A stretch of DNA of 64,000 nucleotides from Deltaproteobacteria bacterium (lineage in GTDB: Bacteria; Myxococcota_A; UBA9160; SMWR01). This document shows positions 57,597 through 64,000 of the stretch, one piece after another. The notes under the pieces are model-generated. The model was not told where the DNA came from, searched no databases, and was given only the letters and a program-made list of their open reading frames with translations. A program made the translations under genes and the position numbers. Position 1 is the first letter of the stretch; each line of letters opens with the position of its first letter. The stretch spans positions 32,001 through 96,000 of the forward strand of contig JAQBGU010000107.1 of NCBI GenBank assembly GCA_032128375.1, in the 5' to 3' direction.

Positions 57597-59903
57597 ATGC
57601 ATGCCATCCGACTTCTCGTTCTTCCAGCCCTGATCCTCATCGCCGCGGCAGCCTCTGCTTCGAACCAGATTCCGAGACCCGCCGGGCTCGAACCGCAGGT
57701 CCGGTTCTGGACCCGCATCTATTCCGAGGTCGACCAGCGCGGCGGATTGATTCACGACTCGGTCCACCTCGATGTCGTCTACGAAGCGATCCGGATCCCG
57801 GACGGCCTCAGCAGCCACTCTCGGGAACGCCGAATCCAGCGCGCAAAAGACGGCTACGAGGCGATCCTTCGACGGCTCGCGCGGGGTACCCGAACCGGGC
57901 TGAATCCGGAAGAAGCGCGTGTGCTGGCACTCTGGCCCGAGGGCGTTTCGAACGCGACCCTGCGGTCCGCGGCTTCGCAACTGCGTTTCCAACTGGGACA
58001 AGCCGATCGCTTCCGCGCGGGATTGATCAGGGCGGGACGCTGGCAAGCGCACATTGTGGCGATGCTGCGAAAACACAGAGTGCCGCTGGAACTCGCCGCG
58101 CTTCCGCAAGTGGAATCGTCGTTCAATCCAGCTGCGTACTCGAGCGTCGGTGCCGCCGGGTTGTGGCAGTTCACCCGATCGACGGGTCGCCTGTTCATGC
58201 GCGTCGACAGCGTTGTCGACGAGCGCATGGATCCGTTTGTCGCGAGCGAAGGCGCCGCTCGACTGCTGCGCTCAAACTTCGATTCACTCGGCAGCTGGCC
58301 GCTCGCGATCACAGCCTACAACCACGGGGTTGGCGGAATGAAAGGCGCGATACGCCAGCTCGGCACAACGGACATTTCAGTCATCGTAAAGAAGTACAGA
58401 TCTCGTTCGTTCGGCTTCGCGTCGCGCAACTTCTACGCAGAATTTCTGGCCGCGCTCGATGTCGATCACAGCGCGGAGCGCTTCTTTGGTCCAACCGACC
58501 CGGATTCGCCGGTGCGCTACGACACCGTCACGCTTGATCACTACTACACGGCCAGCGCCATCGAGAGTGCCCTCGGCATCGACCCGACGACGCTGCGCGA
58601 ACACAATCAATCGCTGCGACCCTCAGTGTGGAACGGCGCAAAGTATCTGCCTCGTGGCTTTGCGCTGCGAATTCCGAGAGGTGCCGCTTCCAAGAGCGTC
58701 GCGGTTGCGATCGCTTCGATCTCGCCTTCGCAGCGATTTTCCGAACAGCACCGGGACCGTTTTCACAAAGTGCAGCGCGGCGACAGCCTGTCGAAAATCG
58801 CCCGGCACTACCACGTCAGCGAGCGCGACCTGATGGGCCTGAACAACCTGTCCAGCCGAAACCGCATCCGCGCCGGCCAGGTCCTGACATTGCCCGATCG
58901 GCCGGGGACACACGCCCCCGTCTCCGTTGCACGAATGGACGCACCCGCGGATGGGAGCTACCAGGTTCGTCGCGGTGACACCATTTCGACGATTGCGGGA
59001 CGTTTCGGGCTGACCGAATCGAAGCTGGTGGCGCAGAACGGCCTGCGCAATCGCAACCAGATTTCGGTTGGCCAGCGATTGCGCGTAGCGAATGGCGAAT
59101 CAGCGCCGAAACCAACCGCGGCCCCCAACCCAGCAGGCGCGCATGAGACAGCTCTTGTGAAGAAAATGCCGGACGAGACTGTGGCGGCGAACGCCCCTCC
59201 GTCTCGCGCATCTGAGTTGCGGGAGACCACCACGACTCCTGCATCCGACGTCTCCAAACCGGATGCGCTGATCGCCTCACTCGACCCGGCCCCCAGCGAA
59301 GCCGCCTTGTCCGCCAACACGCAGCCTCCAACGCGAGACCCAAAAACGCAAGACCCGGAAACGAGCATTCCGTCTGTGCCAAACCAGGTCATCGGCTATT
59401 CGGATCCGATCGCCGCTCCAGAATATCTCGAAGAAACACCCGTCGGCTCGTCGCCGGTCATTCCCGCCGTCGATCCCTCGGACTACTCGGTGACAGGATC
59501 TGGTCAGATCACCGTCCAGGCCGCAGAAACGCTCGGCCACTATGCGGAATGGCTCGACGTCCCCACCCACCGACTGCGTCAGCTCAACGGCATGAAGTAC
59601 GGCGCTCCTGTCGTGATCGGCCGACAGAAGAAGCTCGATTTCTCCCGCGTCACGCCCTCAGCCTTCGAGGAATTGCGCTTGGACTACCACCGCTCCATTC
59701 AGGAGTCGTTCTACGACGCCTATGACGTCACCGGCACCGACGCCCACGTGCTGCGAAAGGGCGACACGCTGTGGCAGCTGGCCGAGCGCGAGTACCGGCT
59801 ACCGGTGTGGCTGCTGCGCCACTACAACCCGACGCTCGACTTCGGCGCGCTTCAGTCGGGAACGAAGATGATCATTCCGCGCATCTCGCCCAGAACCAGC
59901 TGA
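57597..59903 (+). CDS. Lytic transglycosylase (MltD-like) with multiple LysM domains
   Basis: VESSFNPAAYSSVGAAGLWQF, AITAYNHG; LysM repeats HKVQRGDSLSKIA, YQVRRGDTISTIA, HVLRKGDTLWQLA. Confidence 0.9.
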   Translation: MHAIRLLVLPALILIAAAASASNQIPRPAGLEPQVRFWTRIYSEVDQRGGLIHDSVHLDVVYEAIRIPDGLSSHSRERRIQRAKDGYEAILRRLARGTRTGLNPEEARVLALWPEGVSNATLRSAASQLRFQLGQADRFRAGLIRAGRWQAHIVAMLRKHRVPLELAALPQVESSFNPAAYSSVGAAGLWQFTRSTGRLFMRVDSVVDERMDPFVASEGAARLLRSNFDSLGSWPLAITAYNHGVGGMKGAIRQLGTTDISVIVKKYRSRSFGFASRNFYAEFLAALDVDHSAERFFGPTDPDSPVRYDTVTLDHYYTASAIESALGIDPTTLREHNQSLRPSVWNGAKYLPRGFALRIPRGAASKSVAVAIASISPSQRFSEQHRDRFHKVQRGDSLSKIARHYHVSERDLMGLNNLSSRNRIRAGQVLTLPDRPGTHAPVSVARMDAPADGSYQVRRGDTISTIAGRFGLTESKLVAQNGLRNRNQISVGQRLRVANGESAPKPTAAPNPAGAHETALVKKMPDETVAANAPPSRASELRETTTTPASDVSKPDALIASLDPAPSEAALSANTQPPTRDPKTQDPETSIPSVPNQVIGYSDPIAAPEYLEETPVGSSPVIPAVDPSDYSVTGSGQITVQAAETLGHYAEWLDVPTHRLRQLNGMKYGAPVVIGRQKKLDFSRVTPSAFEELRLDYHRSIQESFYDAYDVTGTDAHVLRKGDTLWQLAEREYRLPVWLLRHYNPTLDFGALQSGTKMIIPRISPRTS

Positions 59904-59916
59904 GACCTCACCCCGT

Positions 59917-60591
59917 CTACACCTGGAAGAGTGTTTCATCCGGGAGCCTGATCGCGGTGAGCTTTCCGCCGTAGACCGCGCCGGTATCGATGCCGATGCT
60001 GAACGGAGAATTCCAGCGGACTTCCAGGTCATTGGCAGGCGTGTGTCCGTAGACGATCGTGATACCCAGTTTGTGCGGCATATCCGCCGTGGTCCGGTTC
60101 CACAGAATGTCTTCGGCAGCGGCTTTGCGCAGCGCGAAGTCGACGTCGTCACATTCGAGCGCGGCGCGGCTGAGGCCGGCGTGTACGAACAGGTAATCGC
60201 CATCGCGATGGTGAAGTTTGAGGCCTTGGAAGAACTTCGTGTGTGACGCGGGCAGCTGAAACTCCGAGGGATCCAGATCCGAAGCGAAGTACTCGTAGGA
60301 GACCAGCGTCCGGTCTCCCCCGTTCATCAAGAAGGCGTCGCCGGCGAAGCAATTCGAATCGGTCCAGCCGAGGAAGTCGAGAAACATCGACTCGTGGTTG
60401 CCGATCAGAAACGTGCAGGGCCACTCACTTTCGAGCCGAATCAACCGGTCGATGACACCCCGTGAGTCCGGGCCCCGATCCACGTAGTCGCCCATGAAGA
60501 CCAGCCGGTCATCGGCGCGAAGAGGCAGCGCCGCGAGCAACTCATCCAATCTCTCGCGTTCACCGTGGATGTCACCGATCGCGTACAGCAC
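59917..60591 (-). CDS. PPP-family Ser/Thr metallophosphatase
   Basis: GDIHG, GDYVDRGPDS, GNHE, VHAG, GHTP, IDTGA. Confidence 0.93.
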   Translation of the reverse strand: MLYAIGDIHGERERLDELLAALPLRADDRLVFMGDYVDRGPDSRGVIDRLIRLESEWPCTFLIGNHESMFLDFLGWTDSNCFAGDAFLMNGGDRTLVSYEYFASDLDPSEFQLPASHTKFFQGLKLHHRDGDYLFVHAGLSRAALECDDVDFALRKAAAEDILWNRTTADMPHKLGITIVYGHTPANDLEVRWNSPFSIGIDTGAVYGGKLTAIRLPDETLFQV

Positions 60592-60651
60592 GAATTATCG
60601 AATCCTCACGAGGGAACGTTGCCGAACGTTCGACCCGACGCTTAGCAAAGA

Positions 60652-61740
60652 TCATGCGTCCTGAACCTTCATCGACTCTGCATGAGATGGACTGGATCCC
60701 CCAGACAGGGACCGGCGCAATGCCAGCTGCCCGCAAGCCGCTCCGATATCGTCCCCACGGCTTCGCCGCAGAGTCACCCTCATGCCCGCATTCGCCAAAA
60801 CCCGAAGGAATGCATCGATCGTGTCGGGTCCGGGTGGGCGGTAGGGCGAGTCGGGATGCGGATTCATCGGGATCAGATTCACCTTGCACGGGATCCCACG
60901 CAGCAACCGGGGCAGTCTGCGCGCATCTTCGACCGAGTCGTTTACCCCCTCGATCAGCGTGTACTCGAAAAACACCGGGCGCCGCGCGTTCACTTCGTCG
61001 AGTGAGCGCAGCTCATCCAACAGCGAACCGAGCGGAAACTTCCGATTGAGTGGCACCAGCCTGTCGCGCGTCACGTCTGTCGTCGCGTGAAGCGAAACGG
61101 CCAAGTGGATCGGTGCAATCTCGAGCAGCTCCCGAATTTTCGGAACCACGCCGACCGTGGATACAGTAATCCGCCTTGGTGCAAAACCAAACGCTTTCGG
61201 ATGCACCAGAATCCGCACGGCCGAGCGAACGGCGTCGAGGTTGAGCAGCGGTTCCCCCATACCCATGAACACGATGTTCGTGATCCTGCAGGGGAGCTCG
61301 AGCACCACGCGCATCCGACAGACCTGGTCGATGATCTCCGCGGTCGTGAGATTGCGTACAAAGCCCATCGCGCCAGTCGCACAAAACGTACAGGCCATTG
61401 CGCAGCCGACCTGTGTGGAGACACATAGTGTCGTGCGAGCCGGCTCGGGAATCAGTACCGCCTCGATTCGTGTCTCGTCCGCAGCTCGAAGAATGGCCTT
61501 GACGGTACCGTCATTCGAGCGGTCGATGCGCTCGACCTCGAGCGATCGAGTCTGCCACTCGAGCGCCAGCTTCTCGCGAAGGGCGAGGTCGAGGTTGGTC
61601 ATCTCCGCCAGCTCCTCGACCCCTTGCCGGTACAGCCAACCCAGGACCTGATCGGCTCGGTAGGGCGCGATCCCCCGCGCCGAGAACAGCTCGCGCAGTC
61701 GTTCGGGGGTGTGGTCTTTGATCTGGTCTAGCTCGGACAT
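60652..61740 (-). CDS. rlmN: Radical SAM 23S rRNA/tRNA methyltransferase RlmN
   Basis: CVSTQVGCAMACTFCATG, MGMGEP, SLHA, AACGQL. Confidence 0.96.
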   Translation of the reverse strand: MSELDQIKDHTPERLRELFSARGIAPYRADQVLGWLYRQGVEELAEMTNLDLALREKLALEWQTRSLEVERIDRSNDGTVKAILRAADETRIEAVLIPEPARTTLCVSTQVGCAMACTFCATGAMGFVRNLTTAEIIDQVCRMRVVLELPCRITNIVFMGMGEPLLNLDAVRSAVRILVHPKAFGFAPRRITVSTVGVVPKIRELLEIAPIHLAVSLHATTDVTRDRLVPLNRKFPLGSLLDELRSLDEVNARRPVFFEYTLIEGVNDSVEDARRLPRLLRGIPCKVNLIPMNPHPDSPYRPPGPDTIDAFLRVLANAGMRVTLRRSRGDDIGAACGQLALRRSLSGGSSPSHAESMKVQDA

Positions 61741-62453
61741 GAGTTCGGCGATCGTGTGACGGGTGGGTTACGGGGTTGTCTCGGAGTTGATCGAGGTGTT
61801 TCCGGGACACAATCCCCATCCCGAAAGTACTCGAAGTAGAAACATCTGCAGCCCTGCCCTCGCCATTCGCGCTCGAACAGCGTCCGCGGCGAAGCCGAGC
61901 GCTGGCGTCGATAGCGATCCGGCGCATACGCGTTGCGTAGTCCTCGGGCTCGCGTGAGCACGTCATCGATGATTCGAGCGTAGTCCGAATCGTCGGTCGC
62001 AATCTGGATGGAGCCACCCGGCGAAAGCTTCTGCGTCAGATCATGGACGAATCGGGGAGTGACCAATCGGCGACGCCGGTGGTGCCGCTTCGGCCACGGA
62101 TCGGGAAAGTTGATCCAGAACGATTCGACCGAGGCGTCCTCGAAAGCCTCGCGAACCGCCCATTCCGCAGCGGTTCCGATCAATCGAACGTTGCGGATCG
62201 GTGCTTTGGACAAGCGGCGAGTCAGCTTCAAAACCCGGTCGAAGACGAGTTCAATTCCGACGAACGCCCGTTCGGGGTGACGCTGAGCCAGATCGATCAG
62301 GAACTCGCCACCACCAAAACCGACGTCGACGTGAAGCTGCAGCGGCGCATCGGCGGGCGCCGCGAAAATTTTCGTCCATTCGGCGCCGGCTGCTTCGATC
62401 GGCCACAGTCGCCAGTCGTCACCAGCCACCTCTTTTTTGATGGTTCGAGACAT
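61728..62453 (-). CDS. trmB: tRNA (guanine-N7)-methyltransferase
   Basis: DVGFGGGEF, NFPDPWPKRHHRRRRL, ATD, TLFE. Confidence 0.92.
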   Translation of the reverse strand: MSRTIKKEVAGDDWRLWPIEAAGAEWTKIFAAPADAPLQLHVDVGFGGGEFLIDLAQRHPERAFVGIELVFDRVLKLTRRLSKAPIRNVRLIGTAAEWAVREAFEDASVESFWINFPDPWPKRHHRRRRLVTPRFVHDLTQKLSPGGSIQIATDDSDYARIIDDVLTRARGLRNAYAPDRYRRQRSASPRTLFEREWRGQGCRCFYFEYFRDGDCVPETPRSTPRQPRNPPVTRSPNSCPS

Positions 62454-62645
62454 CAGCAGAGAGCTCGAGAAATGTCAGGCGCTGAGCCCGACAATGCTGT
62501 TGTCGCGCGACAGCACACGAGACCGAACACCCAATACGCGCCAATCAAGCAGCCCGATCCGTCCTCGGACATGTCGGACACGTCAGACACCTCAAAAGCG
62601 CCAGCCACGCCACGGCAACGAAGAGCGAGCACAGCGAAATCGCCG

Positions 62646-64000
62646 CTAGCCATGCAGGGCGCCCCCTCGCCCCGGCCATAGCAACGCCGGGCTCAAGCGG
62701 GCGAGCGCGCCCCGGCGCGGATAGCGGTCGAGCGCAATCGGATCGCCGGTATTCAGCCCGGCACTCGTACATACGCTTCGCAGCGCATCGAGCGGTCCGC
62801 CAATCACGTCGACCAACCCGTGCGATCGTGCAGCCGCGCCGCTCCACACACGACCCCGCGCGACGCGGTCGACCGCTTCGTGAGACAGCCCGCGGCCGGT
62901 CGCTACCCGGTCGATGAATATGTCATACAGGCCCGAGATCTCGTCTCGAATCGCCGCGCGCTCGTCCGGTGTAAAGTCGCGATCGTCAGATAGCAGGCCG
63001 GCACGCGCACCCCTCTCGACGGCATCGGTCGACACACCCAGGCGAGCGTAGAGCCCCTCCATGTTCAGCTTGCCACCGATCACACCGATCGAACCGGTCA
63101 ATGTTCCGGCCTCAGCGAACACCCGGTGTGCCGCCGCTGCAAGAAAGTATCCGCCGGATGCCGCGACATCGCCCATCGAGGCGACCACCGGTTTGGTCTC
63201 GGCGACCCGCGATGCGGCACGCCACAACAAATCGGATGCGATCGCGTCACCGCCGGGGCTGTCGATGCGCAGTACCACCCCGCGGACGTCGTCGCGCTCG
63301 CGCAGGCGTTCGAACAACTTTGACATCGAACCGGACAGGATGCCGCGACCTTCTGTCCCGCGCCCGATCGTCCCACTCGCGAGGACATACGCGATGCGGG
63401 GCAAACTCGTCCCCATCGGGACGAAGGCGCGCGCGCTGAGTCGAAGATTGCGATAGGCGACCGCATCGACGAGACGGACTTTTGGTTGTTGCACCGCGGG
63501 TCGTGAATCGGATGGAGTAACCGATGGATCGGTTGGCTCGCCCAATAATGCGAGCTTGTCTTCTATCCCGTCGGGGTACAGGCACCCGTCGATCAGCCCC
63601 AACTCGGCTGCCGCACGCGCGCGGAATGGGCCACGGTCGATCAGCGCCTTCACTTGCGCCGCATCCAAGCCGCGTCCCGTAGCGATCCCGTCCACGAGTT
63701 CTGAAAACAGATCGTCGACGAGCGCCTCGATCTGTTCCCTGGCTTCGGGCGACATCCGGTCGCGCGTAAAACGCTCGGCAGCGCTCTTATAGTCTCCCGC
63801 CCGAACCACTTCGGGTCGCACCCCGAGGTTGTCGAGTAATCCCCGAAAGAAGTAGGAGTCGGCGCGCAGCCCGACCAGGAACAGGCTCCCGGCCTCTGGC
63901 AGCCAGATCTTCGTTGCGGCACTCACCAGCAGGAAGCTCGCTGCGTCGAGCGTCTCTGCGTAGGCTGCGACGGGTTTTCCCGCTTCCCGAACGCGCACCA
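62646..64000 (-). CDS. sppA: Signal peptide peptidase SppA (long form), 5' part outside the window
   Basis: GDYKSAAE, LRIDSPGG, SMGDVAASGGY, TLTGSIGV, GRVWSG. Confidence 0.92.
   Translation of the reverse strand, partial: VRVREAGKPVAAYAETLDAASFLLVSAATKIWLPEAGSLFLVGLRADSYFFRGLLDNLGVRPEVVRAGDYKSAAERFTRDRMSPEAREQIEALVDDLFSELVDGIATGRGLDAAQVKALIDRGPFRARAAAELGLIDGCLYPDGIEDKLALLGEPTDPSVTPSDSRPAVQQPKVRLVDAVAYRNLRLSARAFVPMGTSLPRIAYVLASGTIGRGTEGRGILSGSMSKLFERLRERDDVRGVVLRIDSPGGDAIASDLLWRAASRVAETKPVVASMGDVAASGGYFLAAAAHRVFAEAGTLTGSIGVIGGKLNMEGLYARLGVSTDAVERGARAGLLSDDRDFTPDERAAIRDEISGLYDIFIDRVATGRGLSHEAVDRVARGRVWSGAAARSHGLVDVIGGPLDALRSVCTSAGLNTGDPIALDRYPRRGALARLSPALLWPGRGGALHG

Noticed and set aside
1..64000. 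Prophage, IS elements, defence systems, tRNA or rRNA genes
   Set aside because: No integrase, transposase, phage structural, nuclease or RT genes and no cloverleaf or rRNA signatures were recognised.

Overview
High-GC bacterial chromosomal segment. Gene content (FtsEX-EnvC-CtpA, long PlsB, Cys-type CcmE, PEP-CTERM protein) suggests a Myxococcota/deltaproteobacterial lineage, which is an inference. Most of the window is housekeeping and metabolism: cysC-iscS-iscA, tlyA-dxs-ispA-xseB-xseA, ctpA-envC-ftsX-ftsE, F420 genes cofD-cofC-cofE, engB, a cytochrome c maturation operon (ccmE, ccmF frameshifted in a T9 run, an unknown 642-aa protein, ccmABC), hisI-hisG, plsB, lipid-catabolic oxidoreductases, three GT-C-type membrane glycosyltransferases plus an SGNH hydrolase, ffh, a LysM lytic transglycosylase, rlmN, trmB and a partial sppA. 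I found no tRNA, rRNA, CRISPR array or transposase. The stand-out locus is about 30160-31265. It has a near-consensus sigma70 promoter, a roughly 265-nt densely base-paired non-coding stretch and a perfect sigma54 -24/-12 box. These precede an unrecognised 162-aa Cys4 zinc-ribbon ORF whose 5' and 3' flanks are complementary, so the ORF would loop out of an RNA stem. This is a candidate undescribed ncRNA/protein module. A second window-wide signal is about 16 unrelated short (9-18 nt, mostly 12 or 15 nt) tandem repeats with stepwise divergence, mostly at gene ends and spacers. All structure calls were made by eye, without folding or database searches.
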